Of a DNA stretch of 64,000 bases, positions 39,601 to 53,313 are shown in pieces. Source of the stretch: Octopus vulgaris (taxonomy: Eukaryota); contig OX597833.1 of NCBI GenBank assembly GCA_951406725.2, forward strand, positions 20,770,001 to 20,834,000, written 5' to 3'. The notes under the pieces are model-generated. The model had not been told where the DNA came from and did no database searches. It was given only the letters and a program-made list of their open reading frames with translations. The translations under genes were made by a program, and so were the position numbers. Position 1 is the first letter of the stretch. Every line of letters begins with the position of its first letter.

Positions 39601-39643
39601 CATACGGACCGGTTTCGAGGTCATTGCCTCTTATCAACGCATG
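39601..39643 (-). ncRNA. Minimal hammerhead ribozyme candidate, U3:A8 core
   Basis: Minus strand reads catgcg-TTGATAA-gagg-caatga-cctc-GAAAC-cg-GTC-cgtatg. Confidence 0.62.
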
Positions 39644-40805
39644 GTAAGCACCGTTCCTCGATGAAGGATTCCCTCTACAGGCTACATATATAAGGTTTTT
39701 CACAGTAACTACTGTCACTGACGTAGAAAAACTGTCTGAAAACAATAATAAATCTCTGAACGAGACGTTCAGAGATTTATTATTGTTTTTTATATATATA
39801 TATATATTGTACATACTAAGATCTGTGAAGCCAAGTGAGATCATAGTCATGGCCGTTGCTGGTGTTTCATAACCGGCACCCATGCCAGTGGCATGTAAAA
39901 AGGTTGGAACATGGTGTAGCTCCCCAACTTACCAGGATGGAAAATGGACTTTAAATGATGATGATGATGACACACACAGATATGATGACAGCATCACATG
40001 ACTGGCATCCATGCTAGTTGAGTGCTAAGAGCACCATCTGAGTGTGACCGTTGCCAGGGCCGCTGACTGCCCCCCCCCCCATGCCAGTGGCATGTAAAAA
40101 GCACCATTCCAGCATGATCGTTATGAGTGTCGCTTTGCTGGTGGTATGTGAAAAACAACATTCAAGTAAGGTCATTGCTAGTGCTGCTGGACTGGCTCCT
40201 GTGCAGGTGACACGTAAAAGAACCATTTGAGTGTAGCTGTTGCCAGTACCACCAAACTGGCCCTCATACCGGTGCCATGTAAAAGCACCCACTTAACTCT
40301 TGGAGTGGTTGGCATTAGGAAGGGCATCCAGCTGTAGAAACTTTGCCAGATCAGATTGGAGCCTGGTGCAGCCATCTGGTTCGCCAGTCCCCAGTCAAAC
40401 TGTTGAACCCATGCCAGCATGGAAAGCAGACGTTACACAAAGATGATGATGATATATATATGTATATTGATATATATATTAATATATGTGTACATGTCTA
40501 TGTATGTATGTGTGTATATACACAAGTATATATACATATTATAATATATTTCATAATATAATTTATATAATTTTTTTCTAAAAATAATTAGTTTATATGA
40601 TTTTAACCTATTTATCCATTGCGCATTTGGATTCATCTTAAAACACTATAATCTACTTAAACATGTAAACTTAGCTCTTATTATATATCATTCGCCTGAA
40701 CTATATGCTCTTTCAACAGAGCATTTGAAGTTTTAAAATTCTTAAAACATTCTTATGTTTTTTAAAATTATTTTAAAAAATCCCTTCTGTAAATCCTCTT
40801 AAACT

Positions 40806-40893
40806 ACCTCTGATGAGAGAAATGTAGATGTTTGTTATGGTTGGAAATAATATGGCTATTCCAAACTACATATTCTCGAAACAGCCGTTAAAA
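40806..40893 (+). ncRNA. Hammerhead candidate with decayed stem I
   Basis: CTGATGA-gagaa-atgtag...ctacat-a-ttctc-GAAAC-agcc-GTT. Confidence 0.48.
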
Positions 40894-41074
40894 TTTATAT
40901 CTGCTGAAGATTCTTCATACCACTGTTTCATCTATATGGATTACCACTTTACATCCACCATGTGCATCTTTTAATATCCTCATTGATTTCTAATACGGAT
41001 ATACAACCTCATAAGATCTCATGAAAATATATTTATGATTTATATGTGTTTACATATTAAAATATTTTTATATC

Positions 41075-41154
<80 letters not shown>

Positions 41155-42418
41155 AACATAAATTGTATCCCTTGTGTTCTGTTTTCAATTTATAGTTTGA
41201 TATATTCTCTCACCTCTGCCACTATCTGACATATACAGGTGCTTACACTTATCAAGAATTCCCACTAAACTTACAGTACATATATATATATATATATAAA
41301 TTATAATCATTACCTTTGAAGGTTTTTATTCCCATGCTGGCCACTTGATAAGTTCAATATTTGAATAACGCTCTTATCCTTATTTATATAAATTTATATA
41401 TATACGAGTGCACCTATGTATGCTGTGAAGCATTCCGATATTGTGAAATATACTGAGTGATTAAGAACACTGACTTCTGAAATTTGTCCTCTCTTTCTTG
41501 ATCTTATATATATATAAATAAATATATACATATGTAAGAATGTATGTATGTATGCTAGCAAAAACTGTCCGACGAACGGGAATGTGAAACTCAGAGTAGC
41601 AGGTTTAGTTGAATTTTCTGCTGTATGTATATATATGTAGATATATTTTACACTCTAAGGAGACCTCCAAGCATTTTTGCAAGACAAAACTTAGACTGAT
41701 GACCAGAAGAATAGAGGAAAACTGAAAACTACATGGCACAGAACATTCATAACAGATATGGGAGAGACCAACATCAGATGGCTAGATGCAGAGAAAACTG
41801 CAGCCACTAGAAATCAGTGGTTAGGGCAGCAGTTTCGATTCCCAGACCGGGCATTGTGAGTGTTTATTGAGTGAAAACACCTAAAGCTCTACGAGGTTCC
41901 GGCACGGGGTGGTGGTGAACCCTGCTATACTCTTTCACCACAACTTTCTCTCACTCTTTCTTCCTGTTTCTGTTGTACCTGTATTTCAAAGGGCCAGCCT
42001 TGTCACACTCTGTGTCATGCTGCATCTCCCCGAGAACTAGATTAAGGGTACATGTGTCTGTGGAGTGCTCAGCCACTTGCACGTTAATAAATGAGCTGCG
42101 ACGTTACTGGTGCCAAGCTGTATTGGCCTTTGCCTTCCCCTTGGATAACATCAGTGGCATGGAGAGGGCAGGCTGGTATGCATGGGCAACTGCTGGTCTT
42201 CCATAAACAACCTTGCCCAGACTTGTGCCTCAGAGGGTAACTTTCTAGGTGCAATTCCATGGTCATTCACGAATGAAGGGGGTCACAACAAACGTGCTGC
42301 CCAGTGTGTTTGAGAGAATGCAGGAGGAACTGATACCGATACTAACACACTGTCTTATTGTTTCTTCAGCTTAGTTAAATGAGATAAAAGGTATCTGCAG
42401 TGGTTATAACAATCTTAC

Positions 42419-42626
42419 CTGAGAAATATCATGCCCATACGTGATATCGTGGCAGGGGACGCATTGACAAGATCATGGGTCTCAAATATGAAGTTCACAT
42501 TCGGTCCGAATTGAATCCGCTCCCCTGACGGCATGGTCAAGAGTCTGTTGTCGTCCAGTACAGAATTCAAGGATTCAATCCATTCAGGATCAATATCCCC
42601 ATCGCATATAATCCAGGAATGAATAT
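42419..42626 (-). CDS. DYNC2H1: Dynein-2 heavy chain exon, AAA2 Walker B region ([34 protein letters not shown])
   Basis: Canonical dynein motifs including [10 protein letters not shown]. acag / gtaag boundaries, 208 nt. Confidence 0.96.
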
Positions 42627-43956
42627 CTGTCAAAGTAAAAACCACAAACAACATTAGTGATAATGACTACAGGGCGCATGGCACTTGTTGCACCAAACCA
42701 ATACAGGTTTGAAGGGCAACAGGGCGGGACTGGCTTTGCACAAAGTGTGCAAGTTTTTGAGGAGAGGAGGAAGTTGGTTACATCAACCCCCAATACTCAA
42801 CTGGTACATACTTTATTGACACCAAAAAGACGAAAAGCAACACTGACCTAGGCAGAGTTTGAACTCAGAATGTAAAGATAGGTAACATGCCACCACTAAG
42901 CATTTTGTCCAGCATACTGAGTATTCTACCAAATTGCTGTCCACTATGATAATAAGAAGACCTTGTTGCATCGTAAAGTAATTTATCGATCTTCAGTGTG
43001 TGTGTGTGTATGTCGTATCTAGGTAGCCTTTATCACCTATCTGTTATTTTTTTATTCACTGGATTGTGGCCATGCTGGGGCACTGTCTCGAAGGTCAAGC
43101 AAATTGCCTTCATTACTTATTTTTAAATTTGGTACCTGTTCTATTGGTCTCTCTTGCAGAACTGCTAAGTTACAGGGATACAGATGGGCCAACACTGGTT
43201 ATCAAGTGGTGCTGCTGGTTGGGATGGACATAGACACACACATATTTGCATACAAACACACATACACACAATGCATATGCATAGACATGCATGCACACAA
43301 TGCAGATATATATGCACACACATGCATACACATACATGTGCATACACACACTAATGTATACACACATGCATACACAAAATGAAAGTACATACACATGTAT
43401 ACACACATGCATACTCACACACAAGCATGCACACAGAAATGCATACACACACACATATATATCATGAACTTTCACACATTTTCCATTGACCAAAAGTCAT
43501 TGACAAGGCATTGGTCCAGGGCTATATTACAAACACTTGCCGAAGGTGCCATGCGGTGGGACTGAACCCACGACCACATGGTTGCAAAGCAAGCTCCCTA
43601 ACCACGCAACCATGCTTGTCCCTAACGTTTATGCATCTAAAAAAAATGAATACAAAGAATTGAATAAGAATGAAATATAGAAATCTACAAAAACATTGTT
43701 TTGCAGAAAAAAACAAACAGAAATACACTGCAATTCCAAATAAAAGACTGGAATAATTGAGATATTTTCATATTTAGTCTATGAAGATAACAATTTGGAA
43801 AATGGTGATAAATAATAATTTCTTGAATACATATAAAGGAAGGAATATGGCAATAAATAATGATAAGATTTCATCAAGGGAAAATACAGATGCATCAATA
43901 ATTTTATGAGATACTAGATTCTTTGGTGAGAATTTTATAGAATTGAAAATAATTAC

Positions 43957-44044
43957 CAAGAGGTTCTTTGACTACTTGGCGGGCGCTGTTTGTAAGAACT
44001 CCGTCAGTCCATTCACGAGTATCCATATCGATGTGACCAAGCAG
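43957..44044 (-). CDS. DYNC2H1: Dynein-2 heavy chain exon: LLGHIDMDTREWTDGVLTNSARQVVKEPL
   Basis: Hand translation gives the dynein TREWTDG motif. tttag / gtaatt boundaries, 88 nt, in phase. Not in the ORF track. Confidence 0.94.
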
Positions 44045-45202
44045 CTAAATATATAAGAACAAAAGATGCCAACATCATTAAACAATAACACACACAATGT
44101 AATCTCTCTCTCTCCCACTTTCACTTTCTCTCTTACTCTCTCTCCCTCTCTGAACCATGTGGTTGGGAGGTAAGCTTCTTATCACACAACCCACAACCAC
44201 GCCTGCACCTCTTTACTCTTTTACATGTTTCAGTCATTTGACAGAAACAAGTAAAAGAGTAAATCGACCCCAAGACTTATTCTTTGTAAGCCTCGTACTT
44301 ATTCTATTGGTCTCTTTTGCCGAACTGCTAAGTTACGGGGACATAAACACACCAGCATCAGTTGTCAAACGATGTTGGGGCGGACAAACACAAACGCACA
44401 AACATACACACACACACACACATACATGTATACAACAGGCTTCTTTCAGTTTCCGTCTACCAAATCCACTCACAAGGCTTTGGTCAGCCCGAGACTATAG
44501 TAGAAGACACTTTCCCAAGGTGCCATGCAGTGGGACTGAACCCGGAACCATGTGGCTCATAAGCAAGCTGTTTACCACACAGCCACTCCTATACCTACAG
44601 GTAAAAAAATGGTCGAGAACCACTGTAAATGTCTGAAAACAGTCAGTCAATTATTTCAGCATGAAATGACAGTCTGGTTTCATTTATTGTCTTATTAAAC
44701 TTAGGGTCACGGAAGTCATTTGTAGAATATATGAACGGGTTCTCTGATTTTTGGGAAAACCATATAACAGATTCTGTGAAGAATTCATTTGGGAGCCACC
44801 GCTATAGGTTACCTTTGTGTTAACTGTAGCAGAACTAACTGCTCACGAGGGAGCAGGGCTGGCTACATATACAATAAAAAATAAATGCGCCCTTTTAAAG
44901 CTTAGCCAGGCTCATAGGCCTGGTTTTCTGGTTTCTGTGGCGTATGTGTTCCCCAGCTGGACGGGACGCCAGTCCATTGCAGCGTTACTCATTCTTGCCA
45001 GCTGAGTGGACTGGAGCAATGTGAAATGAAGTGCTTTGCTCAAGAACACAATGTGTCGCCCAGTTCAGGAATCGAAACCACAATCTTACGATCATGATCC
45101 TGACACCCTAACCACTAAGCCATGCGCCTCCACTACATATACAATAATGACAATAACAATAACAAAACAGTTTTAAAAAATATTAACAGACTTGTAACAT
45201 AC

Positions 45203-45379
45203 CTGAGTTCTTGGCATGGCCTTTGGATTCATTGTGTACTGTTTTACTGTCTGACCAATCTTTGCTAAGGCTTGGCGTAGAACTGACCAGAGAGTGGACT
45301 TGCCTGAACCACTTGGTCCAACAATTACGATGCCCATCCTTTGTTTCAGCTGTTCATAGAGTTCCAGGGCTTTCTTCAC
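45203..45379 (-). CDS. DYNC2H1: Dynein-2 heavy chain exon, AAA2 Walker A (GPSGSGKS)
   Basis: VKKALELYEQLKQRMGIVIVGPSGSGKSTLW...MNPKAMPRTQ. cag / gtatgt boundaries, 177 nt. Confidence 0.95.
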
Positions 45380-47214
45380 CTGTTCAATAGCAATGTAAAC
45401 CATTCCAGTTAGATAATAAAACAGCTCGGTTATAAAAGTTTAATGAAATATAATTAGTCTAATGAAATTATAATTAGTGGAAGGTGGTGAGCTGGCAGAA
45501 ACATTAGCATGCCAGGTGAAATGCTTATCGGTATTTCGTTTGACCAAAGTTTTTTTTTTCCAAGGTCTGGGGTCTCCCGCCCCTAAGCCCTAAACCATCA
45601 CCTAATCACCCTTACCCATCTTGTTGCTTAAAAACAACAACAACAGCAGCAACAACAAGAACAACAACAACAACAACAGCAGCAGCAGCAACAACAACAA
45701 CCCTTGCACATGATTGTCTCAAGTCCTAGGTTTCATAGGGCAGTTACATGGTTTCCATGACATGACCGAGATCACATTTCCCCTGGAGAAGATACCAGTC
45801 CATTGCAGAGTTACTCAGTTTAACTGAAGCAGTATGAAATGAACTGTTTTGCTCAAGAGCACAATGTACTGCCTGGTCCAGGAATTGAAACCATGATGTT
45901 GCGATTGTAAGTGCAAAACCCTGACCACTAGGCCATGTAACTTCACATAAATGGAGGAAAATTAAGGGATGGAGAGCTGAATGGTTGGGGAAATGAAGGG
46001 GTGGATAGGGTGAATAAAAGGTGAGCAGGTGGATGGAAGGACGTAAAAAATTGGTAGAAGTATGGATGGATACAGGGGAAATAAAAGGAGGGTAGAGGTA
46101 TGGAAGGATGGAGGGGAATTAAGAGTGGATAGATGACTCCATGGATAGATGTGGGTTGACGGAATGTGGGTTGATGGACAGAGGAACAAATACTTAAGTC
46201 AGCAGACACATGTGTGTGTATGTATGTGTGTGCATGTATGTATATATGAGTGTGTGTGTGTGTGTGCATGGGTGTCTAGGGATATGTTAAAGAAAGCACG
46301 AGAGAAAGAGAGACTGAGAGTGAGAGAGAGACGGATGGAGGGATGGAGAGAGGGAAATGTATGGCTGCAGTAGTTTTATGTGATAACAGTTCACATAAGA
46401 GAACAGTTATGGCCAAATTTCAAAGACAGTATTTAATTTAAAGAAAGTCAAGAATTATATTGTGTAGAATAATTACATTCCAAAGACATATGACCTCATT
46501 GTCTTTATTTGCCAATTCTTTGGGTTCCAAATAGTTTATATTTGGTTTGGTATGACACAGAGATCAATCTGTGGTTTAACTTATATTAGAAGATATGGGA
46601 GTGAGATGGTGAGGGATGAGGAGGAGAATGGGAAAAAGAAAAGAAGAGGAAGAAGATAGAGAAGAGAGAGGAGGGACAGACAAAGAAAGGAGAGGGAGAG
46701 AGAGTATGTGTGTATGTGTTTGTGTCTGTACATATGTGCACTTGTTCTTCAATGTGTGTATGCACACACACACACACATGTACACTTATACACGCACACT
46801 CACATACACTCACCCACACACACACTTACATACACATGCACATATACTCACTCACACACACATGTGTGCACATGCATGCACTCACTCATACACTCACACA
46901 CATACACACACTTTCACGTGCAAATATACTAACACACTCACACATACACACAAACACAGTTACACAGTGACAGTGAAATCATTCACCCACACACTCAGAC
47001 ATAGCACATATACACTCTGTACACACATGCACACACACACATGTGTGTACATATGTGCACTTGTTCCTCAATGTGTATATGCATTGTGTGTGTGTGTGTA
47101 TGTGTGCATATATCACTGTTTATGAGTGTGTCTGTGTCCATAGATGTGTGTGTGCTTGAGTGTGTCTCTAGGTGTAAGTATATGTGTGTGTCTGTGTACC
47201 AGTGCAAGTTCGTA

Positions 47215-47251
<37 letters not shown>

Positions 47252-48153
47252 TGTGCTTGTGTTAGTGAGTTTATCTGTGTGAGTGTGTGTGTGTGTGTAC
47301 GTATGTTTGTATGTCTGTGTGTGAATATATGTCTATGTGCATATGTGTGTCTCTGCGTATGTGAGTCTGTGTATGTATATAGCTGTGTGTGCATGTATGT
47401 GTATGTGTGTGACAGAGTGTATATGTGTTATGTCTGAGTGTGTGGGCGAGTCACTGTCACGGTGTAAATGTGAGTGTCTGTGTGTATGTGTGAGTGTGTT
47501 AGTATATCTGCATGTGGAAATGTGTAGTATATGTGTGAGTATATGTACAAGTGTGTGTAAGTGTGTGTGTGAGTGAGTGTGCGTGTGTGTATAAGTGTGT
47601 GTGAGTGAGTGAGTGCATGTATGTGCATTTGCATGTCCACTTATCTTGACATGTCTAGCAGTTAGCTTGCTTGGAAACAGATGACGGTTGGTGACAGGAA
47701 GGGCATCCAGCTGTAGAAAATGTCTGCCTCAGTGAATTTCATCTGACCCATGCGAGTATGGAAAAGTGGACATTAAATGAGCTGTGAGAATGATGATGAT
47801 GATGATGACGGTTTTAAAACATTTCTGGAATTTGTTTCCCAACCACATGGTTCCAGGTTCAGTCCCACTAAGTGGCACCTTGGGCAAGTGTCTTCTACTA
47901 CAACTTTGGACTGACCAAATCCTTGTGAGTGGATTTGGTAGATGGAAACCGAAAGAAACCCGTCATATATATATATGTGTGTGTGTGTGTGTCTTTGTGT
48001 CTGTGTTTGGCCCCACTACTTCCTGACAACCAGTGTTGGTGTGTTTATGTCCCTGTGACTTAGTGGCACCTTTGGCAAATGTCTTCTACTACAGCCTCAG
48101 ACTGACCAAATACTTGTGAGAGGATTTGATAAATGGGAACCAAAAGAACCTCA

Positions 48154-48194
<41 letters not shown>

Positions 48195-48195
<1 letters not shown>

Positions 48196-48585
48196 TAGCA
48201 GTATCGCCCGGTGTTGCTCGGGTTTGTAACTATATAAGCATTTTTAGAGAGTTATAGCCAAAAAATAGCAAAAAAATGCATTAAAAATGGAAAAAAAAAT
48301 GATGGTAAATTTTTTTTTAAAATCGTTGACTCATCGTAGACATTTTTAGAGAGTTACTTCTCTTATATAATAGCGAAAAAATGCATTAAAATGGAAAAAA
48401 ATGATGGTAAATTTTTTTTTAAATCATAGACTCATCGTAGACGCGCGCTAATACCCAGAAGGGCTCGATATGAATCACGACTTTAAGATACCCGGTTTTG
48501 GTTATACTGCACCGCAAAATGTGGGAGTAGTTAGGAATCTAAATCGTAGGAGACAGACACACAACTTCACTTTAATATATAAAGA
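48195..48585 (-). mobile_element. Non-autonomous Helitron, family 1
   Basis: Reverse complement of the 55621 element, inside a TA run. Confidence 0.85.
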
Positions 48586-50555
48586 TATATATATATATTT
48601 ATATATATATTAGTAGTTAAGCCCAGTTTCACCCGGTCGGTTTGGATGATGTGGCTGTAAAACTTGCTCTGTGTAAGCATTTGACTTGTTTGGGCATGCT
48701 TACATTAAAAAACAATTTTAGAATGACTTTTTTTCTGTCGAAACGCTAAAAATAATTGACCAACAAAAACTCAATATAAATAGAAAGCAATATCCTATCA
48801 AAATGTGTGTGTCTTTTACCTATACTCTTTACTCTCTTTTACTGGAGCACCGCCTTTAGTCGAGCAAATAAATCCCAGGACTTATTCTTTTGTAAGCCTA
48901 GTACTTATTCTATTGGATGTTTTTGCCGAACCGCTAAGTTATGGGAACATAAACACACCAGCATCGGTTGTCAAGTGACGTTGAGGGGACAAACACAGAC
49001 ACACAAACATACACACACACACACACACACACGCACACACACATATATATATATATACATATATACGACGACTTCTTTCAGTTTCTGTCTATCAAATCCA
49101 CTCACAAAGCTTTGGTCAGCCTGAGTCTATAGTAGAAGACACTTGCCCAAGGTGCCACACAGTGGGACTGAACCTGGAACCATGTGGTTGGTAAGCAAGC
49201 TACTTACCACACAGCCACTCCTACGCCTATATACCAAAACTTCAAATGTGAGTTAAATAATAATTGAATCAACTCATGTATTATGTAAGAAATTTTATAG
49301 AAATCATGCTTGGCTGTCTAGTTAAGAAGCTTGCTTTGCAACCTTGTAGCTTCAGGTTCATTCCCACTTTGCGGCACATTGAGTGTCTTCTACTATAGCC
49401 CCTGGTAAATTAATGTCTTACAAGTGAATTTGGTAGGCAGAAATCATGTGGAAGGCGGCGAGCTGGCAGAAACATTAGCACGCAGGGCGAAATGCTTAGT
49501 GGTATTTCGTCTGCAGCTACATTCTGAGTTCAAATTCTGCCGAGGTCAACTTTGCCTTTCATCCTTTCGGGGTTGATTAAATAAGTACCTATTTCTTTAC
49601 TACCCACAAGGGGCTAAACACAGAGAGGACAAACAAGGACTGACAAAAAGATTAAGTTGATTATATCAACCCCAGTGCATAACTGGTACTTATTTAATCG
49701 ACCCCGAAATGATGAAATGCAAAGTCGACCTCGGCAGAATTTGAACTCAGAATGTAGCGGCAGACGAAATACTGCTAAGCATTTCGCCCGGCGTGCTAAC
49801 GTTTCTGCCAGCTCGCCGGGGTTGATTAAATAAGTACCAGTTACACACTGGGGTCGATATAATCGACTTAATCCCTTTGTCTGTCCTTGTTTGTCCCCTC
49901 TGTGTAATTTCTTATTTCTTTACTGCTATGTGTGTGTGTGTATGTGTGTAATGGCAGGCTTCTACACAGTTTCCATCTGCGAAAATCACTCACAACGAAA
50001 TGGTTGAAGGCATTTTCCCTATGTGCCACACAGTGGGACTGAACCTAAAACCAAAGGGCAACAGAGCTGCAAAGTGAACTCCATAAACACACAGCCATAC
50101 CTGCACATAACGAATATATCAAACAGACATACCCATTTCTTACCTATGTCAAACACACATAACTAACGCCTACAGGTTTCAAAAGGAAGAGTACCTGTTA
50201 CTTTTACACCTGAGCAAAAGTCAGACACACAGACATGTATGTCCTATTCTTTTACATTTATGTTTCTGTTAATTGCAACAAAACCCTTACATGTATTTAA
50301 AGTAGCTTTATAATTACTGCTTCATCTACTTCATTTATTCTACTTTAGCTCCTTCCATTAATGATATAATTATCGCTGCTTTAAATCTCATCAATTCACT
50401 TTGCCAGGAATTTCATTGAGACAATTACAGATTGCCTAATACGAAATGTCACTGTTCATTTCCTTCATTAACTATAAACATGCAAGCTCAAAAAGAAGCC
50501 TGTACGTGGTCACTCAATTTGCTAGGAACAGCAGCTAAAAATATATGTATACATA

Positions 50556-51004
50556 TCTATTATATAAAATCTGTTCTGTCTGTCTGTGTGTGTGTGTCTT
50601 CTAGGCTCTCGAGCATCCTCCATCCGATTGTGCTCAAATTTGATATCTAGATACCAATGGTATCAGGACATGTATAAGTCTTGAAAAAATTGCAATAATC
50701 GATTCCAGGTGAGAATGTGCTCGATAAAGTTGTGGGAACATGCATTTGTATGTGCAAGTACATCAGCTGTTGCGATGTACTTACTGGTACTTTAAACTCT
50801 TTGGTTGCATATTTGTGTGAATAAAATTGTTTTTCTTTGGAATAGAAAAAAAGTCTATCTTTATTTCTTCTTTTGTTGGTGTCTCAAATTTAGGTTGAAT
50901 CAGTGTTTCTGAAAGGCCTATGGGACGGTCGGACAAGTTGTTCTGAGAAAATTTGGTTTAAATTTTGACAACTCAGCACCATGCATTGGACAGGGGGCAT
51001 TTTG

Positions 51005-51008
<4 letters not shown>
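50556..51008 (+). mobile_element. Helitron-like element, family 3; inverted second copy at about 52303-52690
   Basis: Starts tctattatataaaa followed by (TCTG/TG)n. Clear reverse-complement match about 1.3 kb downstream. Confidence 0.65.
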
Positions 51009-51054
<46 letters not shown>

Positions 51055-51244
51055 ATTTAAAAATAGGATAAAATGTTTATAAGAAATTATCAAGTAGTTA
51101 GTATGAAAAACGTCATAAGGGAAAAATTTATTAATTATTCCCTTTAAATATATTTATTTATATTAAGGGCATTACTATGCATAAATGCCTCATGCTAGGA
51201 GGGACTCTTAAAGTCAAAACTACCATAATAAAATACACACACAC

Positions 51245-51299
<55 letters not shown>

Positions 51300-52899
51300 T
51301 AATAACGAAAATGACTTGTGGATAGAAATTTTTTGACTTTCTATCATCCACAAGTCATTTTTGTTATTACTATATTTATCCTAAGCTGTAAGGAGTTTTG
51401 CATATATGTGACCATCCCAGTGGATTACTAGGGTAAACAGGAATAACAGGAGGTAGCCAACAACAAGAGGCAGAGGAGCTTTTACAAGCACATTGTGAAA
51501 CATTTCTGTAAAACAACTTAAAATGGATATATATATATATATATATAATCAAAATAAGCAAAAAAAATATCCAGAGGTAATGCTGTACGATCGTTTCATG
51601 TGACTCCATTTAATTGAACAATGCAAATATTGCATCAGTTTTAAAATGTAGAGCAATCTTCAGTTGTACAAAATATAGAATTTAGTTAAATTCAAAGGAT
51701 TCATTTGTATAGTAATTCTATACTGCATTACCTCTGGATATCCTTGTTGCTTATTTTGATTGTAATCACCCCATTTTGAATTATAGGATAATACCATACA
51801 AAATTCTGGTGCCTTTAACTTAAGTGCCATATTCAACTGAATCTAAATTTTGCTGAACTCATGGACGTTAAACGATGATGATGATGATGATGATGATGTG
51901 TGTGTGTGTGTGTGTGTGTGTGTAAAGGTAAGATTGAAGGATCTCTGTGTAGGAAGTTAGTAAGATTTGAGCAGTCTGTAGAAGGTATAAAATAACAATA
52001 TTGGTTTATTGACAAAGAAGATTGTAAATTTTTCCCATATTGAAGTTCGATAAGCCGAAAAAAGTTATTTTATAGTTCTCCATTATCAGCTGGGGTTGCT
52101 GTGTATGTGAATAAAAATCCAAATTTAGGGAACAGAGCAAGTAAAAGTCTAGCTAGCATAACCTTGGCAGTAGTAATTACTCCATGAAGGGTACTCCGCT
52201 AGCTACTCATTAGGCCAAAGATACCTTATTTAAATGAAGGTTACATTGTCATCAAGGGATCCCAAGTTAACTTGGAGATTTTATGGAAAAAGTTGGATAT
52301 ATATACACGAGCAAAAGGCCCTCCCTATCCTGTCCAATGGACGGTGCTGAGTTGTTAAACATTTAAACCAAATTTTCTCAAAACAGCTTGTCCGACCGTC
52401 CCATGGGCCTCCCCTTTGAGAAACACTGATTTAACCTAAATTTGAGACACCAGCAAAAGAAGAAATAAAGATAGTCTTTTTTTTCTATTCTAAGAAAAAC
52501 GATTTTACAATGCACGTTCCCAAAGCTTTATCGATTGCATTCTCACCTGGAATCGATTTTTGTAATTTTTTAAAAGACTTATACATGCCCTGACATAGTT
52601 GGTATCTACATATCAAATTTGAGCGCAATCGGATGGAGGATGCCCAAGATCCTAGAAGACACACAGACAGACAGAACGGATTTTATATAATGTGTGTATA
52701 TATATATATATATACATGTATTTTTATGGGGAAGGCTGGTTTATGGGATTACTCTGGGTTTCCCATCCATAAAGGGTTTAGCTTTATGATGTATTGTCAG
52801 ATCCCAAAACCTGTTGGCCTAAGACCTCTTCAAAATATGGAGGGGGAAAAGCCTTGTTACGAAGGTAAATACTAGGGGATTATCTCCCTTTGCCATTGG

Positions 52900-53313
52900 C
52901 TATCAACTTCCGGCTGTGCTGCCATCTGACGGTCTCCTATCTCCCTTTGCCTTTGGTTATCAACTTCTGGCTGCGCCTCCATCTTGCAGTTTCCAAAAAG
53001 CTAGCAGGTATTTCCTAAAATGTAAACATGGCCTGAAAATCTCTGTTCTGAAGTTAAGGATGGACCCAGGTTCGAGTGAATCATTTAGAATTCTCATGCA
53101 ATCGGCTATGCATAACTTGTTGATGTAGGGGCCTGGGTTCTGAAGGATTTCCCATGAGATCGAGTATGGGATCCTATTGTCTTTTAGTTGCCAGACATGA
53201 CAGGACAGTGATGTTACATATCTCCTTTCCGGAACTCTGAAGGAGGACCTATGGCTGGAGAGATGTTGCTTGAGAGAATTTTTGGCACATCCAGTGTATT
53301 TCCCTGGGTGCAC
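52900..53313 (-). mobile_element. Penelope-like element GIY-YIG C-terminal relic
   Basis: KYTGCAKNSLKQHLSSHRSSFR...TSLSCHVWQLKD...YSISWEIL...LN.RTEIFRPCLH. Confidence 0.75.
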
